From NCBI GenBank assembly GCA_023898465.1, contig CP060223.1, positions 576,001 to 640,000 on the forward strand: a DNA stretch of 64,000 nt. Reading direction: 5' to 3'. The stretch comes from Candidatus Nomurabacteria bacterium (lineage in GTDB: Bacteria; Patescibacteriota; Patescibacteriia; HK-STAS-PATE-3). A program made the translations under genes and the position numbers. Numbering within the stretch: the stretch's first letter is position 1; every line of letters begins with the position of its first letter. Below the pieces are notes generated by a model. That model ran no database searches, had not been told where the DNA came from, and was given only the letters and a program-made list of their open reading frames with translations. Shown piece by piece: positions 55,217 to 63,547 of this stretch.

Positions 55217-57294
55217 GCGACCAAGAACGTAAAACCCAAAACAGCGGAGCTAGCACCCAATCTGGTCGTCCTATGATGCGACCAATGGGTGGTGGCAACC
55301 CTATGGCAATGATGCAGGCCGCAGCGAAGCCAAAAAACTTCAAGCGGACTATGCGTCAACTCGCCACCTATCTTAAGCCGTATTGGAAAAAGATTATTCT
55401 GGTACTAGTCTTGGCCATGGCGAGCACGGTTTTCTTAATCGCTAGCCCAAAAATACTCGGGCGTATGACCAATCAAGTAGTGGATGATTTTGTAGATGTC
55501 ACTGTATATAAGCAGCTGGTGGCAAAACTCCCGGCCGGTACTACTTTCCCAGAAGGTACTACCGGGGCTGATGTGCTCGCCCAACTCCCTCCCGAAACTA
55601 TTGAAAGCATGCCTGATTTTGCGAAAAGCGCATTAGAAAAACTGGACTTATCACAGGCCCCAAGTTTTCACTATGACATACTGCGCAACATTGCGCTTGA
55701 ACTCATGATCCTCTACCTCTTAAGCGCGCTTTTTAGCTACATACAAGGATGGATTATTACCGACGTATCGCAGAAAGTTACTTATCAGTTTCGTCGCGAT
55801 ATTTCCACAAAGATTGGCCGGATGCCTTTACGCTATTTTGATAAAACAACTCATGGTGAAGTACTTAGTCGAGTAACGAATGATGTCGATACCGTGAGTC
55901 AAACTCTCAATCAATCATTAGCGCAAATTATTACCGCCGTCACAGCGCTGATTGGCATACTTATCATGATGTTCTCGATCAGTTGGGAAATGACTCTCGT
56001 GTCTTTAGTCACCCTGCCAATGAGTTTTGGATTGCTTCGCGTCATTGTTGTGCGCTCGCAGCGTTTCTTTAAGCAGCAGCAAGATACGCTTGGACATTTG
56101 AATGGACATATCGAGGAAATGTTTAGCGGCCACACCGTTATGAAAGTGTTTAATGGTCAGAAGCGTTCGGTGGCCAAATTCACTAAAAATAATGACGAGC
56201 TCTATGGGAGTGCCTGGAAGTCGCAATTCCTTTCTGGGCTCCTCTTCCCGCTTACCAACTTTGTCGGCAACTTGGGCTATGTTGGCGTGACCGTCGTTGG
56301 CGGCTATTTAGCTCTGCATGGTCGGGTGAACATTGGCGATATCCAGGCCTTTATCCAATACGTCAACCAATTCAATCAACCAATTATCCAAACCGCAAAT
56401 GCGGCAAATGTGCTGCAGTCCACAGCTGCTTCAGCTGAGCGGGTATTTGAATTCCTGGCTGAAGAAGAGCAGAGCCCTGAAGCTCATCTGGAGAAAAAAG
56501 TATCGCAGGTCACCGGATCGGTCGAGTTTGAAGATGTAGTTTTTGGCTACACTCCAGGGCAAACGATTATTAAGAATTTCACTGCGCATATCAAAGCTGG
56601 TCAACGGGTAGCCATCGTAGGTCCGACCGGTGCAGGTAAAACCACCATCGTGAACTTGCTTATGCGCTTCTATAATGTAGACAGTGGGACTATTAAAATT
56701 GATGGAATCGACACACGCACAATGTCGCGCGCTGAAGTCCGAGAGCTCTTTGGTATGGTATTACAAGACACTTGGCTCTTCCATGGCACGATTAGAGAAA
56801 ACCTCCTCTACGGCAAGCCACAGGCAAGTGAAGAAGAGCTCATCGAAGCTGCGAAGGCCGCGCATGTTGATCACTTCATCCACTCACTCCCCCATGGCTA
56901 TGACATGGTACTTGATGAAGAGGCGAATAATATCTCGCAAGGTGAAAAACAATTACTCACCATTGCACGAGCAATGCTCATTAAATCACCAATGTTGATA
57001 TTAGATGAGGCGACCAGCTCGGTTGATACTCGCACCGAGATCCTTATTCAAAAGGCTATGGATCGACTGATGCATGCAAAGACAAGCTTCATTATCGCCC
57101 ATCGTCTGTCCACTATTAAGAATGCTGACCTCATCTTAGTCATGCGTGATGGTAATATTGTTGAGCAAGGCAAGCACGAGGAACTGCTCAAGCAGCAAGG
57201 CTTCTACGCCTCTCTCTACAACAGTCAGTTCGTGGCACCACTGATCGAAGAAGCAGAGCCCGTCACTCAAAAGCTGCATTCAGTCCCGGCCTAG
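55213..57294 (+). CDS. ABC exporter, fused permease-ATPase, subunit 2, with Met/Gly/Pro-rich N-terminal extension
   Basis: Walker A GPTGAGKTT, signature ISQGEKQLLTIARA, Walker B LILDEATSSVD. 4-bp overlap with subunit 1. Confidence 0.88.
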   Translation: MSDQERKTQNSGASTQSGRPMMRPMGGGNPMAMMQAAAKPKNFKRTMRQLATYLKPYWKKIILVLVLAMASTVFLIASPKILGRMTNQVVDDFVDVTVYKQLVAKLPAGTTFPEGTTGADVLAQLPPETIESMPDFAKSALEKLDLSQAPSFHYDILRNIALELMILYLLSALFSYIQGWIITDVSQKVTYQFRRDISTKIGRMPLRYFDKTTHGEVLSRVTNDVDTVSQTLNQSLAQIITAVTALIGILIMMFSISWEMTLVSLVTLPMSFGLLRVIVVRSQRFFKQQQDTLGHLNGHIEEMFSGHTVMKVFNGQKRSVAKFTKNNDELYGSAWKSQFLSGLLFPLTNFVGNLGYVGVTVVGGYLALHGRVNIGDIQAFIQYVNQFNQPIIQTANAANVLQSTAASAERVFEFLAEEEQSPEAHLEKKVSQVTGSVEFEDVVFGYTPGQTIIKNFTAHIKAGQRVAIVGPTGAGKTTIVNLLMRFYNVDSGTIKIDGIDTRTMSRAEVRELFGMVLQDTWLFHGTIRENLLYGKPQASEEELIEAAKAAHVDHFIHSLPHGYDMVLDEEANNISQGEKQLLTIARAMLIKSPMLILDEATSSVDTRTEILIQKAMDRLMHAKTSFIIAHRLSTIKNADLILVMRDGNIVEQGKHEELLKQQGFYASLYNSQFVAPLIEEAEPVTQKLHSVPA

Positions 57295-57905
57295 GCTCTC
57301 CCTTGTAGTCCAATGAGAGTGAGATAAGTGAGTAGTGATGCGATATTAGCTAAAAAGGTAATGAGGCCCCACTTAGCCCACTTCTGCTGGGACTTTTTAA
57401 AATCTTCCACACTTGCCCATCGATTTGCCTTCCATGCCATTTCATTTCCTTTGATACCCATAACTATCCACCATACATAATTAATCAATGGGATGTATGC
57501 AAAAAAACCAAACCAAACTCGATATGCGATGCTCCATGCCGGAGTAAGAAATGCGGCTGCCCAATTCCATCCTTTTACTTCTTCTGGCACTTGAGCTAAC
57601 TCATCCCCTGAACGAGCGTCATACCCCGACAAAACCACTTTCTCTTTCCGACGAAAATATACAACACAAACTATGACACCAACTATGGTGGCAGGCACCA
57701 TTAAAAGTATAAGCACGCTAAGTGTCAATTGAATTGGCACAAGTATATCCTCTCTGTCTTGTAAGAGGTACACTGTTACGCTCCAAATAAAAATTAAAAC
57801 AGCTACTAAAAGTTGTGGAATAAAAAATGCTAAAGCGCCCTTTACACGATTTCGATAAGGTACTTCTATATACTCTTGTGCTTTTGTGGTTTTTCTTTCA
57901 GCCAT
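57291..57905 (-). CDS. Hypothetical polytopic membrane protein
   Basis: Four predicted TM helices. Last gene of a 4-gene minus-strand membrane-protein operon. Confidence 0.4.
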   Translation of the reverse strand: MAERKTTKAQEYIEVPYRNRVKGALAFFIPQLLVAVLIFIWSVTVYLLQDREDILVPIQLTLSVLILLMVPATIVGVIVCVVYFRRKEKVVLSGYDARSGDELAQVPEEVKGWNWAAAFLTPAWSIAYRVWFGFFAYIPLINYVWWIVMGIKGNEMAWKANRWASVEDFKKSQQKWAKWGLITFLANIASLLTYLTLIGLQGRA

Positions 57906-57916
57906 GAATATTCAAC

Positions 57917-58114
57917 CTAAAAATAACGACTGGCGATTTTGTAGCCAGCCCAAATACCGAGTATACCACCTATCCCACTAAACACAGTCGCGGTAAACGA
58001 AAGCCAACTTACTCCCCAAAGTCCGGGAATGGCGCCGCCAATCGTCGTACCCAGGATCGCACCGATCATGACAAAGGGTTTTTTATTCACTGTATTCCTA
58101 GTTAATAAACTCAC
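57917..58114 (-). CDS. Small glycine-zipper membrane protein (65 aa)
   Basis: GAILGTTIGGAIPGLWG and GIGGILGIWAG glycine-zipper helices. Confidence 0.4.
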   Translation of the reverse strand: MSLLTRNTVNKKPFVMIGAILGTTIGGAIPGLWGVSWLSFTATVFSGIGGILGIWAGYKIASRYF

Positions 58115-58862
58115 TGAGTTCCTGCTCCCCTCCTAGTGGGGTCACCATAGCGGGCAGAGAACCAAGTAGATAGGCCGCGTTATCAGTGTATTGCAAATCA
58201 TCAATACGGAAACCAGGAACTGCAGCAATCTCTCGATTAAGCACGTCTTGAGCAGCTTCTTCGATTTGATTATAGTATTTCTCTGGCACAGTCAGACGGC
58301 CAACTTTGGCTTTTTGTAAATTCAAGGAAACCGATTGAGTGCCAGTGCGCGTTACGTCTACATCAACATAGACCGGTGCTTTGATATAGGGCGAAACAAA
58401 AGCGGAAATCTCCATGCCGCCTTCGCGAAAGCGAACTTGAATGTCACGGACAAAACGCCCATCGCCATGATAGTGTTGAATAAAAGCTGTCACCTCTTCG
58501 GAACTATGTTCATCGTCAATGGCCACCTGACCCGCAAAGCTTTTATTTTGTGACCAATAAAATGTACCTGGCTCAGCCTCAATCATCATCGGATTATCCG
58601 CTAAGGCACTGGCTAAATCGGCTTCGGTAGGATGGACCCCTAAATCAATCGGCTTATCAGAGCCAAAGAGTTGTGTCAGACCTGGGATATGCCATACGCC
58701 TGAATACCCTAGGGCCAGGAGAGGCAATATTATCAATACCACCACGAGAGTCACGAGCGTCCATCGTAAGCGATGACGCTTTGGTTTAGGTAGTGATTCC
58801 TGATGCTCGCCCTGTGGCAGCTCATGTGCAGGATTGAGATCAGCTTTTACTTCATTTGGCAT
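58098..58862 (-). CDS. Membrane-anchored protein with extracytoplasmic domain, hypothetical
   Basis: N-terminal TM LVTLVVVLIILPLLALGY followed by a roughly 200 aa domain. Confidence 0.4.
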   Translation of the reverse strand: MPNEVKADLNPAHELPQGEHQESLPKPKRHRLRWTLVTLVVVLIILPLLALGYSGVWHIPGLTQLFGSDKPIDLGVHPTEADLASALADNPMMIEAEPGTFYWSQNKSFAGQVAIDDEHSSEEVTAFIQHYHGDGRFVRDIQVRFREGGMEISAFVSPYIKAPVYVDVDVTRTGTQSVSLNLQKAKVGRLTVPEKYYNQIEEAAQDVLNREIAAVPGFRIDDLQYTDNAAYLLGSLPAMVTPLGGEQELSEFIN

Positions 58863-58931
58863 ACTCGTTTAGTAAATTCTAAGACCTCCTTAGGTATTGT
58901 GCCCTGAGAGGCTCCTTTGGTCAATTCTCTC

Positions 58932-59297
58932 CTAGGTGAATAAAAATCGCAGGACCAACAATAGCGCCCCAAGTACACATAACACCGCCCAATTGCGAAA
59001 ACCGTAAGGAGCGTATCGCTTGCCAGCCACTAATTCAAATAATGTCTTTTCATCACCGTAGCGAGCGTGCACAACCCCCAAGGGACAATTTCCATGATTC
59101 AACATCACAATAATCCACTGCCCTGCAAGTAGGGCTATACTGGCAATCGTCCATAAATTAAGCGCCCGGAAAAGACCTGAGTACCAAAGATACCCAGTGG
59201 CTAAAGTCATGCTTATGCCAATAATAAAATGACCAAAGCGCACCACATATACCATTCGCTGATAAGGCTTTGCGGACGACACTGTATTCATATACAT
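58932..59297 (-). CDS. Small membrane protein (possibly DUF2784-like)
   Basis: Three TM helices and an HGNCPLG motif. First gene downstream of RNA element A. Confidence 0.4.
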   Translation of the reverse strand: MYMNTVSSAKPYQRMVYVVRFGHFIIGISMTLATGYLWYSGLFRALNLWTIASIALLAGQWIIVMLNHGNCPLGVVHARYGDEKTLFELVAGKRYAPYGFRNWAVLCVLGALLLVLRFLFT

Positions 59298-59299
59298 AT

Positions 59300-59494
59300 C
59301 CTAGCACAAAGCAGGATGCAAACGCCGAAGACTTGGGCCCGAAGGGTTAAGTCTTCTAGGGGGCCCCGCTGCAAACCAAGGACCTCGAGCCTGCCGAGAG
59401 GGACTGTTTGCAGTGGGGAAAAGGGACATCCTTGCAAAGGGCGCAGTGAAGACAATTTGTTGTCGTCACGGAGCCCACAGCAAGTGATGGCCCG
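59300..59494 (-). ncRNA. Conserved structured RNA element, copy A. Immediately 3' of tRNA-Trp and 5' of a membrane-protein operon.
   Basis: Shares blocks with copy B (60221-60456). Conserved core ATGTCCCTTT..AAACAGTC.CT.TCG.CAGGCTCGAG.TCCTTGGTTT and 3' motif CCCAAGTCTTCGGCGTTTGCA. Stems differ by compensatory changes (CUGCAAAC/GUUUGCAG here, UUUGAAAC/GUUUCAAA in B). Confidence 0.5.
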
Positions 59495-59568
59495 TGGCAG
59501 GGGCGGAAGGTGTCGAACCCTCGTTACCGGTTTTGGAGACCGGTGTTCTACCGTTGAACTACGCCCCC
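59495..59568 (-). tRNA. tRNA-Trp (anticodon CCA), CCA encoded
   Basis: Reverse complement GGGGGCGTAGTTCAACGGTAGAACACCGGTCTCCAAAACCGGTAACGAGGGTTCGACACCTTCCGCCCCTGCCA. Anticodon loop CUCCAAA. Confidence 0.9.
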
Positions 59569-59592
59569 ACAGATTCGTAGAATCAATGAAGA

Positions 59593-59748
59593 CTATTTTG
59601 TCTCTTTATGGAGAGTATGCTTTTTGCACCACTTACAGTGCTTTTTCATCTCAAGTCGACCTTTGAGGGTCTTCTTGTTTTTGAAGCTGTGATAGTTGGT
59701 GCGCTTGCACACCGTGCATTCCAGCTTAATAAGATTATCTTGGGACAT
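59593..59748 (-). CDS. rpmG: 50S ribosomal protein L33
   Basis: [51 protein letters not shown] matches the L33 pattern (C-x2-C...C-x2-C, KETK end). Absent from the supplied ORF track because it is 51 aa. Confidence 0.85.
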   Translation of the reverse strand: MSQDNLIKLECTVCKRTNYHSFKNKKTLKGRLEMKKHCKWCKKHTLHKETK

Positions 59749-59787
59749 AGCAGTATATTATTTATGCGTATATTCTTGCCGACCGCC

Positions 59788-59863
59788 TGGAGCCGATGGT
59801 CGGATTCGAACCGACGACCTTCACTTTACAAAAGTGTTGCTCTACCAACTGAGCTACATCGGC
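59788..59863 (-). tRNA. tRNA-Thr (anticodon UGU), CCA encoded
   Basis: Reverse complement GCCGATGTAGCTCAGTTGGTAGAGCAACACTTTTGTAAAGTGAAGGTCGTCGGTTCGAATCCGACCATCGGCTCCA. Confidence 0.88.
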
Positions 59864-59880
59864 GCCCGGCGCTTGGCAAG

Positions 59881-60189
59881 TTATGAAAGCTCTAAGCGAG
59901 GAAAAATATCGATGGCTGGTTCTTCATAAGGGTGCGCCTGCTTCAACGCTATTATTACCTCCTCTACTTTTTCCTTATGACAGAGCATGCGAATCACTTC
60001 CTCTTCCACAATCTCTTCCTGACCAATCTCCCCTATGGCAGGATGCGCTCCCTCTTGCGGGATGAAACGTCCAGTAGTGCGATAGCTTCCACTACAGTGT
60101 GAATAGTTGCCCATCTTCCCTGCGCCAGCATCACCCATTGCCTTACGAACTGCATCAGCTTGGGGCACTGGCACCGAGGTGCGAATCAT
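59881..60189 (-). CDS. Hypothetical small protein (about 103 aa), occupying the position where tuf sits in the conserved Thr-Tyr-(Gly)-Thr-tuf-rpmG-Trp-secE arrangement
   Basis: MIRTSVPVPQADAVRKAMGDAGAGKMGNY...HPYEEPAIDIFPRLE. Start chosen at the internal Met because the longer ORF N-terminus is encoded by RNA element B. Confidence 0.4.
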   Translation of the reverse strand: MIRTSVPVPQADAVRKAMGDAGAGKMGNYSHCSGSYRTTGRFIPQEGAHPAIGEIGQEEIVEEEVIRMLCHKEKVEEVIIALKQAHPYEEPAIDIFPRLELS

Positions 60190-60220
60190 AACGTATTCTG
60201 ATTCTTGAAGTGACATAAGG

Positions 60221-60456
60221 AATAGAGTGCAAACGCCGAAGACTTGGGATTTTTGGGGCTCCATTTGAAACCAAGGATCTCGAGCCTGTCGAAAGAGACT
60301 GTTTCAAATGAGGAAAGGGACATGCGCCGTAAGGGCTTTCAAACGCCGAGCGCTTGGGCCGACAGGTTAAGTGCGAGGCGTAAAGGCACACGCTGGCAAA
60401 GGGTGGAGTGTTCTCGTTTTAACGAGGACACGCAACCCGCAGCCAGCGATGGGCCG
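60221..60456 (-). ncRNA. Conserved structured RNA element, copy B. Immediately 3' of tRNA-Tyr and 5' of the small hypothetical gene.
   Basis: See copy A. Contains an extra roughly 45-nt insertion carrying a third copy of the CCCAAG..TCGGCGTTTG motif. Small hairpin CUCGUU-AAAA-CGAG covaries with GACAA-CAAA-UUGUC in A. Confidence 0.5.
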
Positions 60457-60543
60457 TGGTGGGCCGGGTAGGATTCGAACCTACGAAGGCGCAAGGCCAG
60501 CAGATTTACAGTCTGCCCCCGTTGACCGCTTGGGTACCGACCC
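60457..60543 (-). tRNA. tRNA-Tyr (anticodon GUA) with long variable arm, CCA encoded
   Basis: Reverse complement GGGTCGGTACCCAAGCGGTCAACGGGGGCAGACTGTAAATCTGCTGGCCTTGCGCCTTCGTAGGTTCGAATCCTACCCGGCCCACCA. Confidence 0.9.
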
Positions 60544-60571
60544 TCATGTGAGGAAATGATCTCACCACTCC

Positions 60572-60647
60572 TGGAGCCGATGAGCGGATTTGAACCGCTG
60601 ACCTACTCCTTACCATGGAGTTGCTCTACCAACTGAGCTACATCGGC
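60572..60647 (-). tRNA. tRNA-Thr (anticodon GGU), CCA encoded
   Basis: Reverse complement GCCGATGTAGCTCAGTTGGTAGAGCAACTCCATGGTAAGGAGTAGGTCAGCGGTTCAAATCCGCTCATCGGCTCCA. 5' half identical to the other tRNA-Thr. Confidence 0.88.
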
Positions 60648-60694
60648 ACAATGTAGCACCAGAAGTAATAAGACCATTATTTTTTATGAATGAA

Positions 60695-61552
60695 CTACAG
60701 TGCTTTTACCTGCTCATCAAATTCACTAAGGCGCTGATTTTCCGGATTCACTTCCTTAAGCTTATCAAAGACTCGTATAGCGAGTAGCTTCTTCTTTGCC
60801 TCAATGGCTAGCTCAAGCGTGCCGTGAAGAAACTTAGGATTATTTGGCATGAGCTCCAAAGCGCTTTCGCAACTATCTACCGCATCATCGTACTCACCCA
60901 AGCCTCGTTGTGCCATGCAAAGATCGTAACGGAGTTCGGCCATTTCTGAGCTGTAACCACCGATGTTTTGACTTGGCTGACCATTTGGCTGCTGAACACC
61001 TTTTACCTGATAGGTACGCTGAGCTAAATCAAGCGCATGACGGAAAACATCTCTGGCTTGTGCGTGCTCTTTCATTCGCAGATACACATCACCGAGAATT
61101 CGATACGCATCAATACTCTTCGGCTCAATCGCGATAGCTTCGATACAGCGCTGCTCAGCCTCACTATATTGCTCGTTCTTACTTAGGCTTTCCGCTTCTT
61201 CGATGAGTAAGACCACTTTACGCTGCGCTTCAGCTCGCTCACTTGGAGATCGCTCTGAGTGCGCTCGCTGGCGATACTGTCGTTCAATGGATTGTAAACG
61301 GGCGTAGAAACTTCGAGCCGCTCCCCTACCTCGATTCACTAGACCATGCAATCTTCCAATAGTCTTTTCATGCACTCCATCAAGTTTACGCTGCAAGCGG
61401 CGCTCGATCAGATCAAGCTTACGCTGTGTCTCCTGCTCACTCTTAATCTTACGCGTATCAATCGATGTGAGGCTCGGAAGCTTTCGAAACAGTACCACCG
61501 CAATGACGGCGATACCGGCAACGATCAGGATAATGAGTGCGATGTCGAGCAC
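60695..61552 (-). CDS. Membrane-anchored TPR-repeat protein
   Basis: N-terminal TM IALIILIVAGIAVIAVVLF. Coiled-coil region. Several TPR-like repeats (AIAIEPKSIDAYRILGDVYLRMKEHAQA...). Confidence 0.55.
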   Translation of the reverse strand: MLDIALIILIVAGIAVIAVVLFRKLPSLTSIDTRKIKSEQETQRKLDLIERRLQRKLDGVHEKTIGRLHGLVNRGRGAARSFYARLQSIERQYRQRAHSERSPSERAEAQRKVVLLIEEAESLSKNEQYSEAEQRCIEAIAIEPKSIDAYRILGDVYLRMKEHAQARDVFRHALDLAQRTYQVKGVQQPNGQPSQNIGGYSSEMAELRYDLCMAQRGLGEYDDAVDSCESALELMPNNPKFLHGTLELAIEAKKKLLAIRVFDKLKEVNPENQRLSEFDEQVKAL

Positions 61553-61562
61553 GTGGGTAGGA

Positions 61563-62144
61563 TTATAACTCGAAACGAATGAAGCGACCTATTTGAATAT
61601 TTTCCCCAAACTTTGTAACCGCTTCAGCAACGTATTCCTCAACCGTCTTGCTATCGTCCATAATGAGAGGCTGCTTCATGAAACAGATTTCACTATAGAA
61701 ACGGGCAAGCTTTCCATCAATAATCTTCTGCACAATCTGCTCTGGCTTACCTTCAATATCTTTTGAAGTAGCAGCCAATTCGCGCTCCCTTGCTACCAAA
61801 TCCTCTGGAGCATCCTCTGGTCGTAAACACTGTGGGTTAGCAGCTGCGATGTGCATTGCCAGCTCATACGCAAAACGTTGGAAATCATCAGTCCGTGAAA
61901 CAAAATCTGTTTCGCAGCTTACCTCAACCATGGCGCCAATTCGCTTATTTGCATGAATGTAAGAAGCAACCACACCTTCTTTTGTCTCGCGTCCCTGCTT
62001 TTTCACAGCTCGGGCCTGTCCCTTCTTGCGGAGAACGAGTAAGGCAGCCTCATAATCATCTTTAGCTTCCGTTAAAGCTTCTTTTGCTTCAACTACACCG
62101 GCGCCGGTTTCTTCTCGTAATTTTTTAATGAGTGCTAAGTCCAT
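61563..62144 (-). CDS. tsf: Elongation factor Ts (short form)
   Basis: N-terminal UBA-like LIKKLREETGAGVVEAKEAL, then the EF-Ts dimerisation core. Downstream of rpsB as usual. Confidence 0.88.
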   Translation of the reverse strand: MDLALIKKLREETGAGVVEAKEALTEAKDDYEAALLVLRKKGQARAVKKQGRETKEGVVASYIHANKRIGAMVEVSCETDFVSRTDDFQRFAYELAMHIAAANPQCLRPEDAPEDLVARERELAATSKDIEGKPEQIVQKIIDGKLARFYSEICFMKQPLIMDDSKTVEEYVAEAVTKFGENIQIGRFIRFEL

Positions 62145-62161
62145 GAATACGTACCTAGAGA

Positions 62162-62950
62162 TTAATTATCGTTGGAGCTATCCTTTTGCTTATCCTCTAC
62201 TTCGGCAGCTGCCTCTTCCTTCGCAGCCTCCGCTTTCTTCTCTTTGGTTTCGCTTACCTGGATATCAGCCTTTTGCTTACCAGAGAGGATTTCATCAGTC
62301 ATGACACTGAGGATAAGATCAAGCGCTTTGGTGGCGTCATCATTTGAAGGAATCGGATACGTAACGCCCTTAGGGTTTACATTAGTATCGACTATGGCGA
62401 TTACCGGAATGCCGACCTTCAAAGCTTCTTTCATGGCGGTGCGCTCTTGCTTCACATCAACGATGAAGACTGCGGCTGGCAAGGCATCAAGCGTGCTGAT
62501 ACCACCTACGAGACCTTCTAAACGTTCCAGCTCTTCTTTGAAGCCTAATTGCTCGCGCTTGGTATAACGGCCTAGCTGACCGCCTTCTACTTCTGATTTC
62601 AACTTCTTATATTTGGCAATCACGCGGCTAACAGTTGGGAAATTGGTGAAAGTTCCACCAATCCAACGATTCGTCACATAAGGCATGCCTACGCGTTGCG
62701 CTTCACGCTCTACAATTGCCTTGGCTTGTCGCTTGGTACCAATGTAAAGGACCTTGCCTCCCTTGGCTGCTAACTCACCAGCAAAATTGGCGGCTCGCTC
62801 CAAACGCTCCTTGGTCTGCTCGAGATCAAGGATATAAATGCCATTTCGAGCAGCAAAAATGAATGGTTTCATTTTTGGATGCCAACGGCTGACCTGGTGG
62901 CCAAAGTGTACACCAGCTTTCAATAACTCTGAGAGGGTAACTTCTCGCAT
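62162..62950 (-). CDS. rpsB: 30S ribosomal protein S2
   Basis: LLKAGVHFGHQVSRWHPKMKPFIF is the canonical S2 N-terminus. Start set at the second Met. Confidence 0.9.
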   Translation of the reverse strand: MREVTLSELLKAGVHFGHQVSRWHPKMKPFIFAARNGIYILDLEQTKERLERAANFAGELAAKGGKVLYIGTKRQAKAIVEREAQRVGMPYVTNRWIGGTFTNFPTVSRVIAKYKKLKSEVEGGQLGRYTKREQLGFKEELERLEGLVGGISTLDALPAAVFIVDVKQERTAMKEALKVGIPVIAIVDTNVNPKGVTYPIPSNDDATKALDLILSVMTDEILSGKQKADIQVSETKEKKAEAAKEEAAAEVEDKQKDSSNDN

Positions 62951-63229
62951 ATTGTTTCCTTTCATCCTATCTGGATAGTTCTCTCAATGACTATCTCAGT
63001 AGGTCCACTATCGACCTAGCGGCTGGGACCTCGGCATGAGGCAGGATCCAGTCGACAGTCTTAGCTGGGTGGCTAAAGGGTCGATATGAGTGATAAATAA
63101 CGAATAAATGAACGGTGTAGACTCTACCATAGAAGCAAAAATCCCGCAAGGGTGGCTCAGGGGCTTCTGGAGACTTGCAAAGTATTCCCTATTCTGCTAA
63201 GCTTAGCCACGCTTTTCCTAAGAAATGCT

Positions 63230-63514
63230 ATGAAAAAATCCATCCACCCAAACTATACACACGAAAGCAAGGTTATCTGTGCTTGCGGTAATACCTTTAG
63301 CACCGGCTCTACCCAGGATGAAATTCGTGTAGAAATTTGCTCAAATTGCCACCCTTTTTACACTGGTAAGCAAAAACTCGTTGATACGGCCCGCCGTATT
63401 GACCGCTTTAACCGTCTCCGGGAAAAAACCGAAACGGTCAGCGCTGCCCGCAAAACCAAGCAAGCTACAAAGGCAAAGCCAGCAAAGAAGACAGACGAAA
63501 AGAAGAGCAAATAG
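63230..63514 (+). CDS. rpmE: 50S ribosomal protein L31
   Basis: [23 protein letters not shown]...[12 protein letters not shown] is the L31 signature. Start moved to the internal Met. The upstream extension lacks an RBS context. Confidence 0.85.
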   Translation: MKKSIHPNYTHESKVICACGNTFSTGSTQDEIRVEICSNCHPFYTGKQKLVDTARRIDRFNRLREKTETVSAARKTKQATKAKPAKKTDEKKSK

Positions 63515-63547
63515 CTGCTTGGCGGTATTACTCCCGCCTCAAAAACT

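Noticed and set aside
55113-55359. Small minus-strand ORFs at the junction of the two ABC exporter genes
   Set aside because: They are embedded antisense within conserved NBD/TMD coding sequence. No support.
59608-59929. Plus-strand ORFs of 92 and 77 aa
   Set aside because: They overlap rpmG and tRNA-Thr on the opposite strand. rpmG and the tRNA have clear signatures, so these are antisense artefacts.
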